Source: Puccinia triticina
Taxonomy: Eukaryota
Assembly: GCA_026914245.1 (NCBI GenBank)
Contig: CP110439.1
Span: 1,674,001 to 1,738,000 of the forward strand
Direction of reading: 5' to 3'
DNA length: 64,000 nucleotides
Below the pieces are notes generated by a model. It saw only the letters and a program-made list of their open reading frames with translations, was not told where the DNA came from and did no database searches. A program made the position numbers and the translations under genes. This document shows positions 11,101 to 22,664 of the stretch, piece by piece; the stretch's first letter is position 1, and each line of letters starts with the position of its first letter.

Positions 11101-12219
11101 AGAGTTGGAATAGGAGAGAGAAATCTGCACGGTGACTGCCTCATGAATAAATTCTTGCGGAACCATACATGCACAATCAGCCATACTCACCCCAAGGGAT
11201 GAGCAATGCTGATTCTCTATGACAGCTAGTTCTCCAAGGGCAGCAGGGAGTCCTCAGGAGTCTTCCCATCTCAGAGAGACTGAATGTCTCAGAGAGTTCT
11301 GATACCAACATGCGGGGACTGTATTGCAAAGCTAGCTCAGGAGAGAATATATAAGTCTTTTGGTTGTCTCTGTATTTACACCATCTGATCAGGAGGAAAG
11401 GAAACTATTGGCTCACCTAGCTCAGGAGAGAATATATGTCAGTTGGTTCTCTGTTGACCTAGGGAAGGCGGCAATCAGGGCTATATTGGCCTGACCTTGA
11501 CCAACAGTCATTCCTCCCGGTTATAACGAATGTACAACTCTCGTTGATCAGATGAGATTCATCCCAGCTGGCGAGGTTGTGCAATTCCGGTCAATCAGAT
11601 TACACAACCATACCAGTGGGAGAACCATACCGGCAGCGGTGTACGTTTGAGGTACATTTTCTGATAACGCGTATATGCTCTCAGACCACTCAGGCTAGCT
11701 AGCTTTCTGCTTTACACAAGGGGACAGCAAGTGGCATGCGGAATGAGACAAGGGAGCATCCATTTGATGGGGAATATACTTTTGCTGCAGATTGGCAACC
11801 TGCGGATGGCGAGTTGTCCTTGGGCCAGTTGGGCCCTTTAGGGATCCGGAGGACGACTGCACAAGTCGGCCCTCGGACGGACCCAAAATCGGTGGCGTCT
11901 CAGGGGCAGCGTTGGCTGCGCTGGAAGAGAGGCGGCCCAGGGACATCAGAACACACTCTGAGGTGTCCACAGAGCCGGCGCGTCCTGGAGCTGCACCAAA
12001 AAAAAAAAAAAAAAAAAAAAAAACTGCCCCGGCGGTGTACAGTACTTATCGGCTTTCTGGTTGAGAAGTGGAAGTTGTCGTTGGTTGAATTTTATACCTA
12101 CTCGCATCTGTTAAAACATATTCTCTGTTCAACTGTGGCGTTGAAAAGCCGTATTTCCCCTAACAAATCTGAGGAGGGGCTGAGGGTCATGCGGCCGATT
12201 TGTATTTGGATTGTCTAGG

Positions 12220-13323
12220 TTATTTGTAGCTAAAAGGGAGGAGCATAGGGTCTTTGGAGCTTTTTCTAGCGCGTTTTTCGTCCTCGTCGGCCTGCTCTTG
12301 ATGTTGTAGATTTTGCCGATTATTCGAGAATTTAAAGGGAGACCACGAGTGAGGCTTGAGTTTGATAGGTTTTGACAGCGGAGGAAATGGATTTGGGGAA
12401 GAGGAGGGCGGAACGGATGGAGCGGGCGATGATTCTGGAGGGGAAGACGACGAGAGAGGAAGGGCGGGACCGTTTGCGAGAGAGGGTGGAAAGGTCGTCC
12501 AGGACGAGACTGGTGCCAAGCGGCGGAGCCGGGCTACTCCTGCGCAGAGTCGACGGCGTCTGCGGGACCGACATCACCTGTCCAGTTCTCTTTCGTCGGA
12601 TGCGACCAGCTCGAATGCAACAGCCGTATTATAGACGGCAAAAATATCAGCTCGCTCGTCTTCAGCAATAACAATAGTGATCAATGGCTGCGAACGTGCG
12701 AAATATACAATCATCAAACATGAGTTTTGTTTTCTATCCAATGAATGACCCAAGGAAAAACAAAAGAGATGGACTGACCGAGTTAAGAGATGAAAAGCCG
12801 CAGAGCTCTTCGTCTGGCCGGCCTAAATGACGAGTGATTGAGGCCTTATGGAGTTGATGCCTTGTGACATCTGGCAATCTTTCCTGGACGTGTGTCTTGA
12901 GCCATTCGATCAGTCACCGTATTGTGCAAATCAAGGTAAGAGATATAGGGAGTGGTCTGGTCTCTGGGCGAGTCTGGGGCTGATTGGCGCGTTGTCGAGT
13001 CGCTCGGCGGTGGCAGTGGCTCTGAATTTTTCCGCTTCCCGCTGGTTTCTTCTATCCGCGTATTTGTTCTAGGAGATGAAGAGAGATAGGGTGGCGGGGG
13101 TCGGCTATCTTTTTTCGCTTGATGGGCGGAGGATGGTGGGCGAGACGTTCAAGGATGTAGTCGCGGTGCTTGATGAACTCAAGCCGGTCCAGTTCGTCCA
13201 CATCATCGCGTCCCCAGCGCCATCGTAACGGGTCGTGATGCTCATGGCTCGTCCCACTTTTGCCAACTCCGGTTGGAACTTGGGAGTAGGATGACCGAGG
13301 GCTCCCGGGCCTGGTAACATCGG
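12220..13323 (-). pseudogene. Degenerate gene, possibly with a PH-like domain
   Basis: Ser/Pro-rich frames with several in-frame stops; the segment DIFAVYNTAVAFELVASDERELDR* resembles a PH-domain C-terminal helix with Trp changed to TGA. Confidence 0.35.
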
Positions 13324-13453
13324 GGGCCCCTTCCTCCGGTCATGTTCCGGGGGACCCTTCTGTCCACCAAATCTTTCAGGGAGCAAGCAATCCAGCAGTC
13401 TTCACATTCTCCGTCAAACGCCCACACACCTCACCACACCCTCCGCCGACCCC

Positions 13454-15893
13454 ATGGAATCAACACATGAATCACTATACGACAGTATGCGCAAAATTAT
13501 CACCTCCCAAGGGATCACCCCCGCCGAGGAGCTCTGGATCGGGCGTGATACCAGCGGTAAGCGCGGCCACGCCTCACTCATCAACCCTGCATCCCACCAA
13601 TCACCATCTCACATCTACATATTGTCTTACAGAAATCGAGAAGCAGCTAGAACCGCTGCTCAGTTTTCTTTGGAGTTTGCTCGCAATGAAATTGGCCAAG
13701 TCAGATCCCGATGGAAGACTTGAAAAGGCAATGTCGGGGATGGTTCGCCTCTATAAGAGCAGTAACTTCGACGCTTTCAGGCCTCTTATCGAGTTCTTTC
13801 TCAAAAAACCGGCCAAGTCCGATCAAGAAACGTATGATTTCATCAAACAAGAATTCAACAGCCCCCCAAGCCATCGGTCATTCACGCCGAGCTCTGTGAG
13901 GACCGGCACTACAGCCGACCGCGTGCATTCTTCCAGCAACCCAAGCCATCAGTTATCCTCATCAAACCTTGTGAGGACCGACACTACAGCCGGCCACGTG
14001 GATTCTTCCAGTAAACTTCCTGACTTCCTTCCTGCGCTACACCGGGAATTGAACGAATTAATGTACATGGATGTGACCGATTTGACCGTGGATCGTTTCA
14101 TCAGGTTACATCACCCCGAATCTGCCTCGCTCCTGAAAGAATACCGCGAACTCACCTCGCTCCTACAACCCTGCGAAAATCTTATCAATCAAAAGTACGA
14201 AGAACAATTAAAAGACACTTCGGAGGTGCATGTGTTGAACTGGATCACACCAATTCTAGAGCACATCTCGACCATGCTGCAGCCACTTGTATCAGCTCTT
14301 CCGAATTCTCGTACTTGGCGGTCCCTGTGTGACAAACCTATACAGGGCGTTGATGGAAAACGAAAGCCGGACGGTGCAATTATGTCTCAGTATATCAAGG
14401 ACGAATATCACATTGAAGATCTTCTGGTCCCTGTCGAGCTGAAAAAGAACCAATCGGATGTCCAAGAGGCGGCCCGTTGCTTGGCCAAATACGTCCACCC
14501 AGTCTTCGCAGCTCAGCCCACCCGAAGCTACGTCATTGGGTTGACACTGTGCGGAACTTCGATGCAGCTCTGGCAATTTGATAGGTCCGGTGCCATCGGA
14601 TCTGAATCATTCGACATCAAAGCGACCAAAGAAAACTTCATCAAGTTTCTTACTCTCATGACGCTGTTTTTGACGACAAACAAGCAAGTCCTCGGCTTTG
14701 ATCCAACCTTCGTTGAAGGTGCTGGGCCGGCTTGTACTCCGCGACCGCAGGAGAAAAAAATCAGCACCGAGTCTGTTCCTCAACAACTGACAAACATCAG
14801 CACCGAGTCCGTTTCTCAACAACCGATAGAAAACAGCACCGAGTCTGTTCCTCAACAACTGATAAACACCAACACTGGTCAACAACTTGTAATCGACCAC
14901 CTCGTCTTCCGAGCGGCGGCAATCTGCGGACGTGGGACAACCTGCTGGGAAGCGCATCTCCGTGAAGATAAGGACCAAAAATTTCTCATCAAGGATTCAT
15001 GGCAACCCGAAGACCGGATAGTAGAAGGAGAGATGCTTTGCGATGTGACAAGACAAAACGTCCCTAATGTTGCGCGATATCACCATCATGAAGATGTCCA
15101 CGTGGCTGGCCGGAGAGTCGACACTGAATTTTACGTTCGGGATCGCATAGAATTTAGAGGGAAACGCAAGATCAACATCGGTAATCCCCCTGCCGATCCA
15201 GAACTACTAAATTGCTTTACTAATCTGGTTCATAGACGGTTGATCCTCAAAGACGTGGGGCAATCTATTTCGAAAGTCGAAGATGTGTCTGGTCTGTTAG
15301 CGGCCCTCGAGGGCTGTATCAAAGGCCACTATGGCTTATTCCAAGCGGGCTATCTACACAGAGATATCTCTATCAACAACCTCATGATTAACAAGCCGAC
15401 AGATCCGATTCCAAAAGCATTCCTAATTGACCTAGATGTGGCGATTCCCCGCTCTAACGAGGACCCTCAAGAGCTCCATGCCAGAACCGGCACGAAAGTT
15501 TTCATGTCGAGTGGGTTACTTCTGAAAAAACATCGCCACTCTTTCGTGGATGACCTGGAGTCATTCTTTTGGGTCTTAATATGGATTTGCATCCATTATC
15601 CGGCTGAAGAAAGGAAAAAAACTGGTATGGTGCGCGGTTGGAATCAGGCGGGCATGAAGGCACTAGGAAACATGAAGGGTAATTCCCTCTCGGATCCTAC
15701 TCAGCTTGTGGAGGAATTTACAACTAGTCACAAACAATCTGATCCTCTCATCAAATGTGTCTACGAGTTTGCCGAAATCATGAGCGATCCCGAAGTCAGA
15801 AACGATACGCTCAATCCACCTAGGACACTTTATGGTAACATAATCAACGTTTTACGAGTCGCTCAAGGAAAGCCAACTGAGACAATTACTTAG
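13454..15893 (+). CDS. Fungal-type protein kinase (FunK1 / Pkinase_fungal family)
   Basis: Exon 13454-13556, phase-1 intron 13557-13632, long exon to TAG. Motifs: RKPDG, VPVELKK, FDRSG, GRGTTCW, IKDSW, HRDISINN, IDLD, RTGTKVFMS, DDLESFFW. Confidence 0.92.
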
Positions 15894-16399
15894 CCAGTCA
15901 TAAGCGTAAGTAGGTCCACTGCTTTTCGTCCGCCTCGTTTGGCTAGGCCACTGACCTGACCTATTTTTTCTAGGACACCACTTTTTGTTTACATTTTGTT
16001 TCCTTCTGATATCATCATTGTTCACAACCATTGATCACCAATCCATAGCCAATTCTTCTTTTGATAATTTGACTTATCTTGCCTCTTTTCCAAACCATGT
16101 TAAATTTTTTGAAAAGGTGGTTGTCTTTTCAAAAGCAAAAGAATTTTTTTCCCCAACTGTTTCAATAAATCCCTGCTGTTTGTCAGTGATTGTGGTTGGA
16201 GTGAGATGATCAGCTATCTGCTCAATATTCTTGAGCTTGGATTACTCTCTGCTCAATATTCTTCAACTCGGATTAAGAGCAGATTTAACCGTACAGCTTG
16301 GACAGGGTTGAATGGAGTTTGATAGCGAACTTGGATCTATCAGTTGTGTGAATTGGTCTCTTGATTTCTAACAATCACCAAGTTAACTAACTGAAGCCT

Positions 16400-17890
16400 C
16401 CTTCAGCCCCAAGCACTGCACTGAGGCACCATCTGACCCCATTGACATATGGCTCTCTAGTGGCCTGTATTTGAACAATGGTGAACCAATCAACAGGCTC
16501 AAGCGGTTGATTGAGCAGAAGCAAAGCGGAAATACCCACCATGGCCTCTTACAGATGGCTCTTGATGTCCTGTGTTGCCCAGGTAGGAAAAACTCAATCT
16601 TTTGCATACAAGCAACAAAAAACTGACCCGTTTTCCTAAAATAATTAGCCACAACAGTTGTTGTCAGGCATACATTCAGCTTTTGCTGAGATTATGTCTT
16701 GACCAGGAGAAACAGTCTCCATGCAAAGTTGGTGAGTCAAGGTATGGCCTTGGTGTTCTATTCAAAGAACAACAACATCCAACCTCTGGTGCTACATGAA
16801 TACAACAATAAGAGGAAGAATAAGAATAAGAGCAGAGGGTGCCACTGATGGATAATGGCACATGGAGCGGAGATATCAAAAACCAACCCGGTCATTGAGT
16901 GGATAACTAAACCACTCCACTCAATGACTTGGTCAGTTCATCAAGTGGATACCCCCTCCACTTGATGCCCAACCCAGTCATCAAATGTATGGTGGACACT
17001 CCACTCAATGATAGCTTGGCCTTCAAGTGAACTGAACATCCACTCGATGACCCAACTGGGTCAACCGGGTCAGTTGGTCATTGAGTGGGTGGGTACATAT
17101 CCCTAAATGACCTGGTCGGGTCATCAAGTGGATAACCACTCCACTCAATGACCTGGTTGGTCATCAAGTGGGTGGGTACATATCCCTTGATGACCCAACC
17201 ATGTCATTGAGTGGAGTGGTTATTTAATTGATGACAGCCCAGTCATTGAGTGGGTGGGTACATATCCCTTGATGACCCAACTGGGTCATCAAGTGCAGTG
17301 GTCCGGTTGTCAAGTGGAGTGGTGGGGGTTATCCACTTGATGTCCGGGTCATCTAGTGGGAATGGGATGTGTATTGCTTGATGACCGGGTTGGTCATTGA
17401 GTGGGGTGTATGTACAAGTGTCCAATCAATGGCCAATGTTTTCCGGCCATGAGTGACAAGCCAATGATTGGTCTTGATCAGTCATTGGCTGAGAGGTGTA
17501 CACTGTACACTGCAATTGATGGCCGGTATGACTGGCCATCAGTTGATGATGAGATGGACACCAGGACGTTTCCATAGGTGATCCGACTGTAAGATTTGCT
17601 GGTGTGCCACTTCTGGTGGCCTAAAATTAGGCTTAATTTTATCTGCGCAGCGTGCACAACATTTCTGGTGGGACAATACAAAAAAACTGGTGAAAAGATG
17701 TTGTGAACCCCCCTAATAGAATGTGATTCTTGACTTCTAAGTGCGTTTTGGGTGGTGGGTACCCACTGGTATCTGTGCAGGTACCCGCCAACAGGTGCAG
17801 GTGCAGATTTCAGTTTTGGGTCAAAACAGCCCGCGGGTACCCGCCTACCCACACCTGGGCAGGTATGTACCCGGGTGTGAAGATCCCAGC
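16400..17890 (+). mobile_element. hAT transposon relic (C-terminal dimerisation region plus subterminal repeats)
   Basis: Degenerate LLQMALDVLCCP|intron|ATTV..HTFSF..DYV..RRN; many ATCAAGTGG/TCATTGAGTGG repeats at 16880-17460; GGTACCCG-rich end. Boundaries approximate. Confidence 0.6.
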
Positions 17891-19673
17891 TTAGATTAAT
17901 CCTGAACAGACCTTTTTACCCTTGCTGGTGCTTTCTTTGGATGCTTTGGGACTTTGGTTGGGCTTTGAGGCTTATACCACTTGCTGTACATCTTTCAAGT
18001 GAATTAAATTGCCTCATCAATCGGAGCCTCAGGCCATTTGGCCACAAGTTTTGGAAAGATTAGTGTGATGAATGTAAACAGATTAGATTAGAAGGAGAAA
18101 AACAACTCACCCATTGCTATTCGGTAAATGGGTGAACAGTTGGTGAGTTAATAGTACTTATTTGTACTACAAAGCCCAGCATGGCACACATTTTGTAATG
18201 CAGGAGTGTACAGTTGCGCAAGGCAATAACCGGTGCTGAACCGCCTGCAAAATTTACATTTTGCATGTGGGCCCTTATGTTGTTGAGCCAGTGGGAACTG
18301 CACCCTGACCACATTTTTATGTGTTTCAGACCAAGGGCATTCCATATTTAACTTGGCTAATGTCTCTGCCCAGTTGTTCTTTTTTTTCTTGAGATGTCTC
18401 CTGGTCTCATTGGACCCACCTGTGTATACCCATATTTATGGACTTCTTGGTTGGCATATGGCCTTCACAAAGCCCTAAAAACCCTTAGATGGATCTGATA
18501 AAACCATAATAACAAGCCAAAAGGCTGTGCTTGCAGTGGGAAACACAGCCATCAACACCCAGGATCAAACCCCCAACCACTCACAATGACACAAGGACCA
18601 ATCTAAACACTGCACTATAACAGATTTCAATTTATAAGAAACCCATAATCCAATTATTGCATTGTGCAACTGTAAAATGGATCTTCTTTTGCAATTACAG
18701 CTGAAAGGCCTGCTGTAATTTGATCAATGAAGATGGCCACTTCAGCCACCCAAGGTGAGGCTTTTGTTGATACTTGAAGTGTCATTTCATAAGGACCTGA
18801 ACCAGGTCTGCCGCCAAGTCAAATTCTTGCTGGCTCACATGGTTGTTGCAAGGTAAGCCAAACTGTTTATCAAACTGCCACATAATACTGGAACATAGGA
18901 TATGTCAGTTTGCTTCATCCCTGCCGTGTTGGTAAATATACTTACATAGCATTCTTGCATCTGACAATGCTCAACAGCTGCAGGTATGTGGAGTTCCATC
19001 AAGTCAGGATGTCGTTCTCAACGTTGTGAGGCTTCTGGCATCTATTTTCTCAAAAAAGCTGAACAAATTTAGCCTTCAAGTTTGGTGGCAATGGTGTGTA
19101 ACTGGAGAACATAAAAAATCATTTAGTTGGGGAGGGTTACAGGAGTGGGAAATTTATTAAACAACCTTTCCAAGGGATCAAAAAAGCACTGAGTGTATTG
19201 GAAATATTTTGAAAATTGTTCAAATTGGTTCTTAAAATATTATTTTGCACTTGTGGTGTAGTGTTGTGGCTGCACTTGGCAACAAACACCTGTCATTTTG
19301 CTGTCCAGCAGCCAGAAAACACTTGCTGATTGTGGGTCAATGGGGGCTGGCACTGTGCCAGCTCACATACCATCCAGCAAGGTCTAACTTATCAAATTCC
19401 CTTTTCCCTTTGTGGCGAGCAAGGGAACCTTGTCAAGGTGTGAAACACATTCCTTAACCACAGGGAGAGGGACTTACACCTAAGTGGCTGTGTCTTGCGT
19501 GTGAGGATCTTGGGGTTTTGGTGTAAACCAAATTCCATGCCCCAGGAAAGATACTTACCATTCCCCAATCAAAGAATCTTGTGGATCCACTAATCCTGAG
19601 CTTCTTGGCTTTCACCAGGGGAGAATTTGATGCACTATCCAGAGAGTGCCATACTGTACCCTTTTTCTGTAAC

Positions 19674-20432
19674 TAGAGATAAACATTTGAGACTTGGGTA
19701 CCTGTTGGCACCTGGGTACCTGCTAGGTTTTTTGCCAAAACCAGCACCTCACACCACACCCGGAACCACTTGGCGGGTACCGGCGGTACTTTGGACAGGT
19801 ACCCCAGATACCCCCTTCGGTGGTGAGCTGGATACATAGGTCTCCAGCTCCCTGGGAGGAGTCCTTGGCAAGCTGGATACATATGTATCCAGCTTCCCAG
19901 GAGGAGTTCCCTTGGCGAGCTGGATGCATATGTACCCATCTTGCTGGGAGGAGTCCTTGGCAAGCTGGATACATATGTATCCAGCTCCCCGTGAGGAGTC
20001 CCCTGCGCAAGCTGGATACATTTGTATCCAGCTCACCGCGATAACATCTCCCAGAGATATGGCAAAAAGCATACTTATGTATCCATCTTGGAAAGGGATC
20101 AATCCTCCCGGCAAGCTGGATACATGTGATCCAGCTTAGCCGCAAGGTCCACCCGGTGAGCTGGAGAGGATTCAGAGCTCATGTATCCAGCTTGCCAAGA
20201 GAAATCCTCCCAGCAAGCTGAATCTGTCCACTGGGAGACATCTCTTGCCAAGCTGGATCTACTGGCTCCCGGCCCTGGATCCCCCTGGGGGGGTGGGCAG
20301 TACCCGGGTACCGCACCGCTTTCTGGCCCAAACCAAGTACCTAGTACCGCACCCGGAACCGCTGCGCGGGTGCAAGGGGTACCTGCCAAGCGGTGCGGGT
20401 ACCCCTCAACAGGTACCAGATGTTGATCTCTA
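19674..20432. mobile_element. Non-autonomous hAT element (759 bp)
   Basis: TIRs TAGAGATAAACAT/ATGTTGATCTCTA; perfect 8-bp TSD TCTGTAAC; GGTACC subterminal repeats. Confidence 0.92.
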
Positions 20433-20562
20433 TCTGTAACTGTGCTGGATGCCTTTGATGAAAGTGGTGTAAGAATTAATGAAGAATTCTGGAACTAATC
20501 CACAAATGATCTGAAACTGATCCTGATTTCTTGCATAAACAATCCAGAAGTCATGCAGAAGC

Positions 20563-20777
20563 CACTGCCAGCATAATTGGCTGGGTTGAAGTTATCCCAG
20601 TTAAACTGGGAGAACTCAACCAATTTAAACTTGGTTGATCTCAACTGATGAAATATAAATCCAAGGTACCCCCCTTGGGTTTCTACTTCATTGGATGAGA
20701 TCAACCCATTTTAAATTGGTTGAGTGCATCCCAGTTAAACTGGGATGACTTCATGTTAACCAAATATGCTGGCAGTG
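20563..20777. mobile_element. CACTG-ended MITE, second copy (215 bp)
   Basis: Aligns end to end with 5110-5325. Confidence 0.88.
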
Positions 20778-21193
20778 AAGTCAACTGGAACACAACTGGA
20801 ATGCAGTTGAAACCACTAAGACACAATGGTCACAATCAAATCATAATTCAATTTGAACTGTTTGTTAATTGAAATGAATTCTTGAGGTTAAATTCATATC
20901 ATTTACATGCGCATGAAGTTGTTCATTTTTTTCACTTTGCTTATGTAACTGTCATGTGCGCGTGTGTAAGTTTGTTACAAATCACAGGTTGGGCCCCCTG
21001 CAGATCAACATGTACACCCCCGTTAGAATGAGGTGAAAGGCCCATCTGAACTGGAATATTTCCCTAAAGAAGGCCGGTATCATCTAGAATTGAGCCAAAA
21101 AAGGATGAAAGTAGGGTGAAAATGTGATTCAAGTCAAGCTTGGAGGTGTGTGGTCCCAGATTTCAGCTAGACATCCTGGCTTCTTAACATATA

Positions 21194-21854
21194 TGGTGTT
21201 GCAAGCCCGTCTGGGCACTCACCAAAGTTTGGCTGAAAAAAGGCCAAGTGCGCGTGACCAACGCTAAAGCCCGCTTGGCCAATCCTCAAGCCCACCTGGC
21301 ACACTCCCAACCCCCGCTTGGCATATCACAAAGTGGGCGGGGTTTGGCACAAAGCCCCGCTGGGCCAATTTCAAGCAAGGGTGCCACGCACGCCAAACGC
21401 TGTTCTGGCCATCAAGGAGAGAAGTTTCCCTCCTCAATGGTCGGCCTACAAACCAGTCATCAAGAAGGGAAGACTCCCTTCTTGATGATCGATACAAGTA
21501 TTGCCCACCGTGAAGGGAGTCTTTCCTCCCTGATGACCAGCCTACAGACCGACCATCGAGAAGGCAAAGCTCCCTTGTTGATGTCCAATGTGCGATGTCA
21601 AGAAGGGAGAACATTTCCCCTCCTCGAGGGCAAGTTGTTCTTGCCTTTTGAGGCAGAGACGAGGGCTGGTGTCTCATGACTGGCGTGTTGCCATCAGCCC
21701 AGAGCTTGATCTCGGCCAAGCGGGACTTGGCTGTGTGCCAAGCTCTGCCCCCCGCGCAAGCTGCCCGATCAAGCCCGCTGGGCACATACTCAACCTCCGG
21801 AGGCACTTGGCCAAGCGGGAGTTGGGTATGTGCCCAGACGCGTTTGCAACACCA
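21194..21854. mobile_element. TA-flanked MITE (Tc1/mariner-like)
   Basis: TIRs TGGTGTTGCAAGCCCGTCTGGGCAC / GTGCCCAGACGCGTTTGCAACACCA; TA on both flanks; TTGGC/GCCAA subterminal repeats. Confidence 0.75.
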
Positions 21855-22664
21855 TATGAGCTTGTGAGTTATTTTTGTGTTTGTTTGTTATCTAATGTCT
21901 CCATGCATATGCATGTGAGTTTTTTTCCACTTTGCCAATGTCACCTTTGTGTACGCGCGTAAATGAGGGTGACAGATCAATGGAGGGGCCTTTCACAGCT
22001 CCATTACAAGTAAAAACCGGTCAGAAAGCCATGAAAACCCCTGTGATTCACATTTCTGTTGTGCGAAACCCCTTTGACATAGAGAAATTGATCAACAGAA
22101 ATTCACCATAAATGAGTAATAATTGGGCATTGATCAGCTATGATTTCATTACAATTAAGTTATCATTAGAAAATTGAATCGTTCTATACAACATTGCACA
22201 AGGTCCTGTGACAATTTGGCATCACTTCTGACACACTTCCTGTTGACTTGTGTAGAATTTATCAAATTCCACTCATATCATACTACTTTCCCTGCTCCAA
22301 AGCTCAGATTTCCATTTACACAATCTCCAATCTCAGCCATACGGGATGATATAAGTTATAAGCCATCACCCCATATTGTGATGTTTGCGGGAAAAAAAAA
22401 ACAAAAACAAAAAAAACAGTCAGGAAAGTCAACACTACCGGGGAATGAGAGCATGTCCAAAAAAATGAGAAAAAGAAACCTGAACAGAGGGAATACTAGT
22501 CCTTTGAAAGATTTTCAGTGGCATTGTGAGCTAAATGCTGGAAAAGAGAAAATTACACCTCAAACTTGGATCAAGCTCTGTTGTCTTGGGTATAATAAGC
22601 CTTGGATGCAAAGTGCTTGTGAGGCTTTGGTAAGCCAGCAGGGGTACTTTGGCTGGGAACCACC

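Noticed and set aside
17940..19100. Degenerate coding-like sequence
   Set aside because: Could not be assigned to a family by eye
19826..20260. CRISPR-like spaced palindromic repeats
   Set aside because: Eukaryotic context, spacers are similar to each other, no cas genes, and the array lies within a TSD-flanked hAT element
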